Virus record (IMG/VR): IMGVR_UViG_3300044911_003846
Source of the DNA: an uncultured virus (IMG/VR IMGVR_UViG_3300044911_003846)
Taxonomy: Duplodnaviria > Heunggongvirae > Uroviricota > Caudoviricetes
Reading direction: 5' to 3' (one strand)
Length of the DNA: 64,000 nt
The translations under genes and the position numbers were made by a program. The notes below the pieces were generated by a model that worked only from the letters and a program-made list of their open reading frames with translations, was not told where the DNA came from and searched no databases. Each line of letters starts with the position of its first letter. The first letter of the stretch is position 1. This document shows positions 20,428 through 30,103 of the stretch, in pieces.

Positions 20428-20619
20428 ATGTCTAACCTTTCACCACAAGCCCAAGAAGTGTTCTGGGCGTTCAACCGAGCCGCAAGCGGCAAGCCTGATG
20501 ATTGGCACTATCTGCCAGCCATCGCCACTGCCGTTCGTGCCGCAGGTGAGCAATGCACCTATGTGACTCGCACTGAACTCAACCTCATTGCTGATGAGTT
20601 AGAAGCCTTTGCCCAGTAG
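20428..20619 (+). CDS. Small hypothetical protein, MSNLSP family, flanked by 14-bp direct repeats
   Basis: TAGTCACCTTCACT at 20411-20424 and 20617-20630. Confidence 0.65.
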   Translation: MSNLSPQAQEVFWAFNRAASGKPDDWHYLPAIATAVRAAGEQCTYVTRTELNLIADELEAFAQ

Positions 20620-20922
20620 TCACCTTCACTCCTGTATCCGGTACTTGACGGTTACTTGCTGTCATTCCCGCGTAGGACTACACTTCTATTGCCACATCTA
20701 GGTTTTAGTACTTGATGGGTACTTGATCAGCACACAACACCACACCACCATGAACCCGATCTACGTTCCGTTCATTGTCCAGGCAGTCTGTCAGCTCGGC
20801 GCCAGCGCTAGCCTCTGCCTGGGGAACCCACAATCTCAGCGTCCACCCAGCCTGCCGGATCTCATAGCAAATCCAATCGTTAGTCAGTATCAGTACAACT
20901 ACTACCCGTACATGTACAACCA

Positions 20923-21303
20923 ATGACTAAAAAGATCGTCAACTACAAACAACCAACAGAAGCACAACGCGATCGAATGATCGACGTTGTCATAGATGAA
21001 TTCGATTTCGAGAAAGTTCATCAAGCGATGGAAGCGCTCGATTGGATCTGGATGACAACCAGAAACGATGGATTCGAGATTCCGTCCATCCCCAGGCTTA
21101 AAGCCTCTGCTCGGGAGTTAATGCGGAGCGCATACCGCTGCTGGAACAAATTTGGCTACAGCCACGGGGAGGCAGCCAGCGGCGGGTTAATGGCCACGTT
21201 CATCGAAGCGGATGAAGAGGGTGATGCCACCTTTAATCTGTCCTTCGTGCTCGAGGAGCAACGGTCCTACGACTATTACCAGCCCAACTACCCGGAAAAG
21301 TAG
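20923..21303 (+). CDS. Hypothetical protein (FDFEKVH..M..LDW.W type)
   Basis: Recurrent phage motif. Confidence 0.6.
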   Translation: MTKKIVNYKQPTEAQRDRMIDVVIDEFDFEKVHQAMEALDWIWMTTRNDGFEIPSIPRLKASARELMRSAYRCWNKFGYSHGEAASGGLMATFIEADEEGDATFNLSFVLEEQRSYDYYQPNYPEK

Positions 21304-22248
21304 TACACTCTTAGCGTGGCAGCGGTGAGCCAACCATCGTGTAAGCCCACACCCTGTTCATCTGCACACACCAAACGATGTCCATGTTCATCCCGGAGAA
21401 CCAACTCCGCAACATGCTGCAAAACCAAGCAGCCCAGAGCATGATCAACAGCCCCGATCCGTTGACCCGCATGGTGGCCCTCAACAGCCTCATGCAGACC
21501 CAGCCTCAACGCCAGCAAAACGTGAACTGGCTGGAGGATAACTGGCTCGACGACAACAACCTTTTCGGTTGATTTAACGATTAGAAAAGCTTAACTTTTT
21601 CTTCTCTTCTCGACTGACGCACCACTGGTAGCTTGGGTAGCCAAAACCCAGTCATACCAGTGGTTTTTTCATGTTTTGCGGGCGGACAAAGTGTAGATTT
21701 ATACCCAGGAGAATGAAGTACGCGGATAGAAAATAACGCCATGGAAGCAACGACTGCAGCACCAAACAACGGCCGTCTGGCATGGGCCGTTTTGTGTAAA
21801 ACCCCATCGGGGAAGGGAGAGGTTGTCCGAGTGACAGACCATGAAGATGCGGATGCAGCGGTCAGGGAGAACCCGGAATTGTTCTGGAAGTCAGGCCCGT
21901 TCGTCCTCCCCTACTGAGCAAACTTTAACGTTCTGTTCGTGGCCAGGATGGACAAAGTCGGCTAAACTGGCTGGGCTTGAAACGCCTCATGAACTTGCCG
22001 ATCACGTCCTACGTTGTCTTCGTGTACAACGGTGACATAGGCGCCCACACCCCTGCATTTCCTGATCTGGATTCAGCTGAAGAGTTTGCCAATTCTCTCC
22101 GAGCTGTCGCCTCGAATCTGGTTGTGAGTGAGCCATGTCCTGTTGTTGCAACACAAGAAATTCAATTTAAAAACAGAATCAAAATCCAAAGTTAATTGTT
22201 GACAGCTGTGTTATCTTTGGGTGACACAGCTTTTTTGTAGATACACCA

Positions 22249-22500
22249 ATGGCCCGAGTTTTATCGGTAAGTGTGCCCGAGGCTCTGTATGACAAGTGGC
22301 AGGAATCTGACCTCGACCTGAGTCCGTCGGCAATGTTCCAGGCTGCACTTGAGACGGAACTGAATAAGACTAATCAATTCCTCAAGTATTGGAGTGAGCG
22401 AGCACTCAAAGCGGAAAAGAAGTTAAAGATTATTTCCGATCTGCTCCAGGCTAATGATAAGGATGTCAAAAAGTTTCTTGTTTTTGAAGCAGACAAGTAG
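22249..22500 (+). CDS. Ribbon-helix-helix, CcdA-like protein
   Basis: VLSVSVPEALY...LSPSAMFQAALETEL resembles RHH/CcdA antitoxins. Confidence 0.45.
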   Translation: MARVLSVSVPEALYDKWQESDLDLSPSAMFQAALETELNKTNQFLKYWSERALKAEKKLKIISDLLQANDKDVKKFLVFEADK

Positions 22501-22536
22501 GATTAAGAGAATAACAATTGCCTCCATGAGGTTTCA

Positions 22537-22734
22537 ATGCCACGCGAGTGGAACACTCCGAAGCGAGAGTGTTGGAACACACCAATCCACCAAATTCTGA
22601 AGGCAGTAGATAACCACACCCGATTGTATTTAGAGACGGGTGATGAGTGGCATGAGTGTAAGGCGCAAACATTAAGACAATATGTTGGAGAGCTTAAAAC
22701 GTGGATTCACAAACAAGAGGGCAGCGATACATGA
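22537..22734 (+). CDS. Conserved cyanophage hypothetical protein (MPREWNTP.RE.WN type)
   Basis: Recognisable small-gene motif. Confidence 0.6.
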   Translation: MPREWNTPKRECWNTPIHQILKAVDNHTRLYLETGDEWHECKAQTLRQYVGELKTWIHKQEGSDT

Positions 22735-23119
22735 CGATCATTTACCCAACGGTAGAATATTGTCATTCATGTGTATCAACATGGACCTTAACCAAGCGAC
22801 ACGACATTTTTACAGCGTGGAATTAACAAATGCTGAACGACTCGACGCTTCAGCGCTGATGGATTCGCTTCGTGACGCAGGTGTTGTCCCGATGAATACA
22901 AATCTGGGTCACTTCATCAAGGAGTGTTTCGCACGCGGATTAAATGATTATCGGAAAGATTTAGTGCGTCACGATTAAATATAATTTATCGTCAATTTTA
23001 ATTGTATAAATGTAGCAATGTGCTGCAACTGTACAATTAGAATCGATAAGAAATCAAAGATTAGCCGCGTCCACCGCCAGGGGTCTATATCTAGAATAGA
23101 TATAAGGTATTAAAGAAGA

Positions 23120-23344
23120 ATGGCTAGGGATTACAAAAAAGAGTACGAGTATCACGGCACTCCAGATCAGATTAAGCGCCGAGCTGCTCGTGTAAAAGCG
23201 CGTCGCTATATGGAGAAAACCGGCAAGGCCCGCAAAGGTGACGGCCGTGACGTCGATCATAAGAACGGAGATCCACTTGATTCCCGTCCGGAGAACTTAC
23301 AGATGCGGAACCGTAGCGAAAACCGCGCCGATAAGTCAAAATAG
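23120..23344 (+). CDS. Small HNH-motif protein
   Basis: MARDYKKEY...DVDHKNGDP...NL...NR. Confidence 0.75.
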   Translation: MARDYKKEYEYHGTPDQIKRRAARVKARRYMEKTGKARKGDGRDVDHKNGDPLDSRPENLQMRNRSENRADKSK

Positions 23345-23359
23345 GAAAAACTGAGCGAC

Positions 23360-23560
23360 TTGGAAGACTTCGACGAACTGATCACTCGCCAGGAGTGTCA
23401 GGAACTGATCGATGCTGCAATTCGGAAGCATAACCGGAATGCAGGGATCATCAGTAGCATCGTCGGATGGGTGATCCTGTCGTTATTTGCGGAGGGGTTG
23501 TTGCGATTGGTGGGGAGGATACCGCCGGTCCTGCCGTGGCTCAACGTAAGTCTTAATTAA
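23360..23560 (+). CDS. Small membrane protein of cyanobacterial/cyanophage type
   Basis: IDAAIRKHNRNA followed by a TM helix. Confidence 0.6.
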   Translation: MEDFDELITRQECQELIDAAIRKHNRNAGIISSIVGWVILSLFAEGLLRLVGRIPPVLPWLNVSLN

Positions 23561-23857
23561 GATAGGCGGAAGAGAAAAGGGTAGAGAACAGTCCACCGCC
23601 AGCGAAGCCCCATATATAAGGAGTAATAGAGGTCAACTCCAATATCCCAGGAATCATAAAGAAACCCTAAAGATCCATAGCCACAAAAGAAGGGCCGAGG
23701 ACACCACTCCCCGACCCCCTTTTGCACACACGCACGATGGGGGAACCCAACCATGCACCCACTGGGTCAATTCGCTTGACCCCTTGCAATCTATCGGGAT
23801 CCGTGTATTCTGGTCAAGCGTCGGATCCGTCCGATACGCACATTGCACCCAACAACC

Positions 23858-24319
23858 ATGAATTCCTTCCAATTTCAGGCTATGCAGGTCCTGAACCTGT
23901 CGGCCGAAGACCATCCCACCTGTCGCATTGAGGGTCATCAGCTGACACTCACTGCGACTCGCAACGGTGAGCAGATCATCATCACTGCACCAATCGCTAA
24001 CTCCAGTGAAGTGATGAAGCTCACACAGCAACAGCCAGCTATGAAGATGCCTTCCCCGGCTCGTCCTCAACTCCGGAAATCAACTCGTCGTCACACGGTG
24101 ACCCGTGATTATCCTCGGGGTGAGCAACATCCTAAAGCAAAACTGACGGAACAAGATATTAAAGATATGCGGGAGATTTTTGCCGATCCTGGTTACATCA
24201 AGAGCTTCCGTAGTACCTACGAAGCTTATATCGATCTGGCGAAAACTTACAAGATTCACTACACCACGGTTTACAAAATCGTTAACGGCCAATCCTGGAA
24301 GCATGTCGCCAATGTTTGA
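23858..24319 (+). CDS. DNA-binding protein with homing-endonuclease-type C-terminal HTH
   Basis: RGEQHPKAKLTEQDI...LAKTYKIHYTTVYKIVNGQSWKHV; no nuclease motif. Confidence 0.65.
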   Translation: MNSFQFQAMQVLNLSAEDHPTCRIEGHQLTLTATRNGEQIIITAPIANSSEVMKLTQQQPAMKMPSPARPQLRKSTRRHTVTRDYPRGEQHPKAKLTEQDIKDMREIFADPGYIKSFRSTYEAYIDLAKTYKIHYTTVYKIVNGQSWKHVANV

Positions 24320-24674
24320 GAAGTACTTCAAGGTGAAAGTATCGATGGGGGATGGCAATCCCATTGATGACATCATCCCAGCAAAAAACGGCTTAATTGC
24401 GCAAGATGTAGCCCGTGAGCGTCATCCCGGTGCTCGCTGCGTCCACATCTTAGGCATCTCTGAGATTCGTCCGATCCGTTCAACATCTGCTCCTCCCAAA
24501 AGGTATAAGCCTATGGAGGACATTCTGATTGGTGGAGAGACTACTCTCTGTCGAGATGATCGGATTCGGACCTGTCTAACGCTGCACAAAGCTGGCCACA
24601 GTCAAGAATTAATCGCCGATTTGATTGGTGTTGGTTCAACAACGGTGCGCCGGTGGTTGAAACAGTACGGCTGA
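24312..24674 (+). CDS. HTH DNA-binding protein
   Basis: C-terminal GHSQELIADLIGVGSTTVRRWL. Confidence 0.7.
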   Translation: MFEKYFKVKVSMGDGNPIDDIIPAKNGLIAQDVARERHPGARCVHILGISEIRPIRSTSAPPKRYKPMEDILIGGETTLCRDDRIRTCLTLHKAGHSQELIADLIGVGSTTVRRWLKQYG

Positions 24675-24704
24675 GCTAACCTACGGACAGATACTACTGT
24701 CCTC

Positions 24705-25372
24705 ATGGAATTCAGCGAAAACGATGGACTCCTTGTTTCATTCGACGAGGAGTCCAATACCTTCACCTTCGAATGGGATGAAGAAACTCATCCTGAATAC
24801 AGCTTCTTACGGCTTTTAACGCCGGAAGAGCTAATGAACAAACTGTCCGAGCGACTCCAAGACCTTATCGACAATGAAAATGGTTCAAACATTCAAGATC
24901 GGGGATCGAGTGGCGGAGAGGCCGAAATCGACGATCATCCCGAATCTGAGGAGTGAATCCCTCGAAAAAATTGCACGCTATCGCAGCCAACGTTTCGGCG
25001 TTGTGGTCGATGTGTTTGTTAAAAGTACTGTCTCTAGGGGGAATAAACAGGTTAAACAGAAGTTTCTGAAGATCCTCTGGGATGGTATGAAAACACCATC
25101 TGATCATGCACAAATGCGAATCTGCCACGAAAGTGATTTTGAGGCAGTGATGGACAATTACAGTAACTCAATCGGAGCCTGACATGCTGGACAAAGAAGG
25201 TATGATCCGTAACCTGCGCGGAGCGGTTTGTGAGTACCTAGATGAGAACAGATTTGATGAACTCATTGAGGACTTGCAAAATATAGCAACCGAAGAAGAA
25301 GCTGATTTCCTGAAAAAAGCTAAGTTTTACAGAAAACTTAAAAAAGCAGTAGAAGCACTCGCAGACAAATGA
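24705..25372 (+). CDS. Three small hypothetical genes (24705-24956 acidic, 24874-25182, 25184-25372)
   Basis: Co-oriented ORFs. Confidence 0.5.
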
Positions 25373-25689
25373 ACCGCGAATTGTACGGAGTGGCCGTTAG
25401 TAACGGATACGGTGACACTCGTCGAATCTCTCCAGAAGAACGCTGGTTGCGGTTGACGGGCCGACCTCAATCCATAAGAGGTGCCAGCAAATATAGAGGA
25501 GTCTCTATTTGCGACAAGACGCATGAAAAACCCTGGCAGGCAATGTTGGCCTTCAAAGGTAAGCGTTACCGAGCCGGTGTTTTCGCCACAGAGGAAGAAG
25601 CTGCTATCGCCTGGAACAAAATGGCACTTCGGATTATTGGACCTTTAGCCATTAGAAGGTTAAATGTGGTTCCAAATCGTGGTGAGTGA
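25369..25689 (+). CDS. AP2-domain DNA-binding protein
   Basis: SKYRGVS...WQAML.F.GKRY..G.F.TEEEAAIAWN; no HNH domain attached. Confidence 0.8.
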   Translation: MNRELYGVAVSNGYGDTRRISPEERWLRLTGRPQSIRGASKYRGVSICDKTHEKPWQAMLAFKGKRYRAGVFATEEEAAIAWNKMALRIIGPLAIRRLNVVPNRGE

Positions 25690-25726
25690 CTTGATTTAGA
25701 ATACAAAGACTGATGGTTTAGGTTCT

Positions 25727-27190
25727 GTGTCGTACATCGGAGTTCAACCGACTGCTGGTCAATATCGGAAGCTGGATAATATTTCTGCAAGCTTTAACGG
25801 TTCGACGACTAGTTTCACAACTAGCGTTGGTGGTACCAACGTAACGGCGGGTACAGCCCAGCAACTGCTGGTGTCTGTTGGAGGTGTGATTCAGGAGCCA
25901 AATTCTGATTACACCGTAAGTACTAATACGATTACGTTCACGACGGCACCAGCATCTGGCCTGGACTTCTTTGCCATTTTAATGGGGGATGCGTTAAACA
26001 CAGTCAGTGCCTCGGATGGGTCTATTACTACGGCAAAATTAGCGGGTAGTCTGTCCGTTGGTTTGGCGGCTGGTACCAACTCCGCACCGTCTCTATATTT
26101 CACCGGAGATTCAAATACCGGCATTTACAGCCCTGGTACCGATCAGGTTGGCATTACAACTGGCGGTTCGGTGCGTCTGACGACTAGCACCACTGCGTTC
26201 ACGGGCACGTTGCCTTGGCAGGGACAGAACGGAACTGCTGCTGCTCCTGCACTGTCCTTCTCGGGTGACCCAAATACAGGTATCTATAACGTCGGTGCCG
26301 ATCAACTTGGCATTAGCACCAACGGGACGTTGCGTTTTGATGTAAGCACTACAGCAACAACTTCAACGCTGCCAGTTGTGCATCCTCTTGGCGCAGTTGG
26401 AACGCCGTCGATCACATTTACTGGCGACCTAAACACCGGCATTTATAGCCCTGCAGCCGACACTATTGCGTTTGTTGAAGGCGGCGTAGAAGCCATGAGG
26501 ATTGCCAACGGCGGTGAAGTCCTTGTTGGAACCACAAGCACAGCAAGTGGCGGTTCAGGTGGCAACTTCGCCTTCATTGCCCAGTGCTTCACAAACGAAG
26601 AAAATCGTCCTATTGCTGCCTTCAGGAGGGCTGATCTGATTTCGGCGCAATTTTTCGGAAGCAATGGAGGCGATGGCAATGCTGCTAACTGCATTATGCG
26701 GATACGTGGTCATTCCTCAGGTAACCGCAGTATCAATGCTGGCGGTTCGGTCAATGCCACTGGCGCTGACTATGCCGAATACATGACCAAGGCTGGTAAT
26801 TTTGAAATCGCCAAAGGGGATGTATGTGGGGTGACCGCAGACGGGAAGCTGACTAACGTTTTTACTGCTGCTATTGGTTTTGTTGTTAAATCAACAGACC
26901 CCTCTTATGTCGGCAATGATGTTTGGGGAATAGACATTGAAAATGATGAACAACGGGAAGCTGCACGTGAAAAAGTAGACCGCATTGCCTTCGCTGGTCA
27001 GGTGCCCGTCAACGTGACCGGTGCAACCCCCGGCCAATACATCGTCCCCGTCTCTACTGAAGACGGTGGTATCACTGGTATCGCCAAGGACGAAGGCGAT
27101 CTGACCTTGGCTGAGTACATGCGAGCCGTGGGCAAGGTCATTGCCACCGAAGATGATGGACGCGCCCGCATCATCGTCAAAGTCGCGTAG
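25727..27190 (+). CDS. Tail fibre/spike protein 1, C-terminal peptidase-G2/IMC-like chaperone domain
   Basis: FNGSTTSF N-terminus, three PS(L/I)xFxGDxNTGIY repeats, ADYAEY...RIAFAGQVPV C-terminus. Confidence 0.8.
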   Translation: MSYIGVQPTAGQYRKLDNISASFNGSTTSFTTSVGGTNVTAGTAQQLLVSVGGVIQEPNSDYTVSTNTITFTTAPASGLDFFAILMGDALNTVSASDGSITTAKLAGSLSVGLAAGTNSAPSLYFTGDSNTGIYSPGTDQVGITTGGSVRLTTSTTAFTGTLPWQGQNGTAAAPALSFSGDPNTGIYNVGADQLGISTNGTLRFDVSTTATTSTLPVVHPLGAVGTPSITFTGDLNTGIYSPAADTIAFVEGGVEAMRIANGGEVLVGTTSTASGGSGGNFAFIAQCFTNEENRPIAAFRRADLISAQFFGSNGGDGNAANCIMRIRGHSSGNRSINAGGSVNATGADYAEYMTKAGNFEIAKGDVCGVTADGKLTNVFTAAIGFVVKSTDPSYVGNDVWGIDIENDEQREAAREKVDRIAFAGQVPVNVTGATPGQYIVPVSTEDGGITGIAKDEGDLTLAEYMRAVGKVIATEDDGRARIIVKVA

Positions 27191-27462
27191 TCCTACTCAC
27201 TACAACCTCTCAAATCCCTGCTAACGTAATTGGGCCTAGGTCAACCACCATGAGGCCCAATTACCGCGTAATTCTGCTGGAATGTATTGAGGCAGGTGTC
27301 CGTCGTGGATACCGTCGTGCATACAAACACACAGAATCTCCTCAAGAAGAGGCAATCTTCGAATCCATCGAAGATTGCATCATGAGTGAGATTGTAGAAC
27401 GGTTCTTTTTTGACTTTGAATAGGTAAAACCTGAATATACTTGTAGGGATTGCAACACAATA

Positions 27463-27786
27463 ATGCTTTCTACGAATACCAGGTTGCGCGTTGAATTCAT
27501 CTGTGAACGCATTTCTCAGAAAGCACCAGTTGAACTTAACGACATGGCCTGGATCCAGAAGCTAGCTTCTAGAAATCCCACCGTAGATAGCCAACTTAGA
27601 AAAGCTCGCCGCACTGCGATCCAGGGAGACGCAGGTCAAGACACATTGGATGGATTCTGTAACAAAATGGACCTCGGAGACCCAGATCCCAACGAGCATC
27701 TCACAGGTCCGCAAGATCCGTTGACGTTGGCTGAATGGTTTTCAAATAAACGCAAATGGTTCCGTGGACAGGTTGACAGCAATTGA
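27463..27786 (+). CDS. Conserved cyanophage protein (MLST..RLR.E.IC..I type)
   Basis: Recognisable motif; LDGF...MDLGDPDP. Confidence 0.65.
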   Translation: MLSTNTRLRVEFICERISQKAPVELNDMAWIQKLASRNPTVDSQLRKARRTAIQGDAGQDTLDGFCNKMDLGDPDPNEHLTGPQDPLTLAEWFSNKRKWFRGQVDSN

Positions 27787-27821
27787 TATTTCCTTAAAAT
27801 AGAGGACCCTTAACCAGGCCG

Positions 27822-28169
27822 ATGCTCTGCCGGAGCTGCTCCAGCAAAAACACGCGTGTAACCTGCACCGAAAAGCATGCGACGTATACCAAGCGGTATT
27901 GCCGCTGCCTCGACTGTGGTCACAGATTTAGAACCGTCGAAAAATATGAATTCCCTAAGCCAGGTCCACCGAAGAACTACAGCCGTCCAGGTCGAATTGC
28001 TCGGGGCAGTGATCATGGCCGCTCAATTCTTACCGAAGCTAATGTTCTGGAAATGCGCCAACTTTTTAGGAGTGGTTGGACGCTACAAGAATTAAAAGAT
28101 AAGTTTGGGATGAGCTCATCGTATATTTCAAAAATCGTCAACTATAAACAATGGAAGCACGTAGCGTAG
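27822..28169 (+). CDS. NrdR-like zinc ribbon fused to homing-endonuclease-type HTH
   Basis: CxxC...TRV...R.CxxCGHRF.T.E N-terminus; RGSDH..S.LTE...ISKIVNYKQWKHV C-terminus. Confidence 0.7.
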   Translation: MLCRSCSSKNTRVTCTEKHATYTKRYCRCLDCGHRFRTVEKYEFPKPGPPKNYSRPGRIARGSDHGRSILTEANVLEMRQLFRSGWTLQELKDKFGMSSSYISKIVNYKQWKHVA

Positions 28170-28340
28170 AACGGTCCCCAATCCAGACGACTGGGTACGT
28201 CGACATTTACACCGGTGAATACGCGTTCACCGTGTGCTCCGGCACCCTTGTGGTCACGTTCGAATTTCTAAAGGAAACAGATATTCGCGAGATGATCTCG
28301 TGTTTATCCTGTATGCTTGTGGACGACGAAAAATCGACGG

Positions 28341-28997
28341 ATGAGCAGCGTCAAACTGATCTGGATCACACCTGAAGCGGAAAACACAATTACGTATTGC
28401 GCCAGGGTTTCCTCTCCTCAGAATCAGGACAACTACGAGACAGCGCCCAAGCTACTCGGCTACTGTCTGAAGCAACGCCACTTCTCGATCTTCGAGATGG
28501 CCAACATGTGTGTTGAGATCAACACCACACGGTCGATTTCGGCTCAGTTCATCCGTCATCGTAGTATCGCGATTCAGGAGTTTTCTCAGCGATATTCCGA
28601 TACCACGAAGTTGGGGCCGCTCAAGATGCCTCACCTGCGTCGCCAAGACGTGAAGAATCGGCAAAATTCGATTGACGATCTTGATGCCGAGCAGGTGCAA
28701 GGTTTCTATCGTCGCATTGCCACCCAGTTTGAAGAAGCTGAACACCTCTACCAAGAGATGATCAGCAGCGGAATCGCAAAGGAGTGCGCCAGGGAGATTC
28801 TCCCGCTGGCTGCACCAACTCGGATCTACGCCAACGCTAACATCCGGAGTTGGATCACTTACATCGCGCTGCGGGAAAAGAGCGGAACGCAGATGGAGCA
28901 CATGAAGATCGCTAAAGACATTAAGGCAATCTTCTGCGGACAACTACCAAATATTGCCGAAGCACTGGGTGGTGCAGACGTTCCCTGGGAACTATAA
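28341..28997 (+). CDS. thyX: Flavin-dependent thymidylate synthase
   Basis: ARVS, H.SIFE, RHR-X7-SQRY, KECAR.ILP, N.RSW..YI.LR and TQ.EH motifs. Confidence 0.95.
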   Translation: MSSVKLIWITPEAENTITYCARVSSPQNQDNYETAPKLLGYCLKQRHFSIFEMANMCVEINTTRSISAQFIRHRSIAIQEFSQRYSDTTKLGPLKMPHLRRQDVKNRQNSIDDLDAEQVQGFYRRIATQFEEAEHLYQEMISSGIAKECAREILPLAAPTRIYANANIRSWITYIALREKSGTQMEHMKIAKDIKAIFCGQLPNIAEALGGADVPWEL

Positions 28998-29004
28998 TCA
29001 ACGG

Positions 29005-29535
29005 ATGCCAAATCCGCTTGATTGTTACGCGAAGCTGAAAAGTGAGGCAGATTACCTGCTTCACTACAGCAGCTGGATCATCAACCACGAAGATCGTTGG
29101 ACCGATCATTTCGGTTTTAAAGCAGTTGAGCTTGATCGAGATACCATCCTCGATGAGGAGCCAATCCTGGCGCTAGTTAATATGTATCACCCCATTGCGC
29201 GAATGGGGCTACTGCGTGTACCGCCGAAAAATTTTTACGATTGGCACGTCGATGAGTATCGGTTGAGCTGCATCAACTTACTCATCAGCAACGACCATCA
29301 CAGCCATACTCTGTTTGGACTCCAGCGAGATCACTTAAATAAGGAGATCGTGGAGCTGAAGTACGAGCCGAAACGTTATTACTTATTCAACAATCAGGTG
29401 CAGCATTGCGTTTGCAACCTCGACGAAGATCGATACCTGTTCTCGATCTACTTCCAGGAAGAGATGCGGTTCCAGGATGTCCGCAAGTTGCTCGAAGAGG
29501 CCGAGTTGCTTGCAGATCCCGAAGATTCACTTTAG
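29005..29535 (+). CDS. Putative 2OG-Fe(II) oxygenase/cupin
   Basis: WHVD...INL...NNQVQHCV.N...RY pattern (HxD...H triad). Confidence 0.6.
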   Translation: MPNPLDCYAKLKSEADYLLHYSSWIINHEDRWTDHFGFKAVELDRDTILDEEPILALVNMYHPIARMGLLRVPPKNFYDWHVDEYRLSCINLLISNDHHSHTLFGLQRDHLNKEIVELKYEPKRYYLFNNQVQHCVCNLDEDRYLFSIYFQEEMRFQDVRKLLEEAELLADPEDSL

Positions 29536-29557
29536 AATCTCACTGGTTCTGCAGACC

Positions 29558-29691
29558 CCTGTGCGCACAGGTGCCCATGATCCTCGTCACTCATGGGATT
29601 CCGTCGGTTCAGAGTGGAAGCTGAGCTGCGATGAAGCAAGACAAGGCTCGGGCCGCACCCGGTAAGGTTCCTAACGCGGAACACCCTTGTC
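29558..29691. ncRNA. Candidate structured RNA (multi-stem)
   Basis: Consecutive hairpins plus a three-way junction closed by GACAAGG/CCTTGTC, in intergenic DNA between convergent genes. Confidence 0.4.
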
Positions 29692-29696
29692 CTTCT

Positions 29697-29855
29697 TCAA
29701 CGACCTACAAGACCGCCAATTTGACTCGGGCGATACGCTAAACCGCGATATCGAAGCCAAAGGGTGGCGCGGTGAGCGAAGTTCCACCATTTACGGAAGT
29801 TTTCAGATTCAACTTCCTTGATATAGGGACAACCGCGATAAGTAAGAGTGGTCAT
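29697..29855 (-). CDS. DUF4278-family small protein (52 aa)
   Basis: Manual ORF MTTLTYRGCPY...LRYRGLAY; two LxYRGxxY motifs. Confidence 0.8.
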   Translation of the reverse strand: MTTLTYRGCPYIKEVESENFRKWWNFAHRATLWLRYRGLAYRPSQIGGLVGR

Positions 29856-29878
29856 GGTAATACCCACGTACCAACAAT

Positions 29879-29914
29879 AGTATAAACAAAAGCGGAAATG
29901 TAGTCGTTTATACA
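29879..29914 (-). promoter_or_regulatory. Promoter of the DUF4278 gene: -10 TATACT plus NtcA box
   Basis: TATACT at 29884-29879 (minus); TGTAGTCGTTTATACA at 29899-29914, core 15 nt from the -10. Confidence 0.7.
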
Positions 29915-30103
29915 GTAACAGAACTCGTTAAGTTAATATAAAGATTTGAGGGTGCGGCTCCTCCGTGGCCACGGGAAGAGCCGGTCAATTTCTAGCGCAG
30001 AGAAACGGTAAAAATCTGCGCTCCCTCGTAAAATGGCCCTGTCAATCCGTTCTTCTTCGGGCCCATCCTATAATAGGGTCTATGTGTCTAAATTTTGTAA
30101 CCC

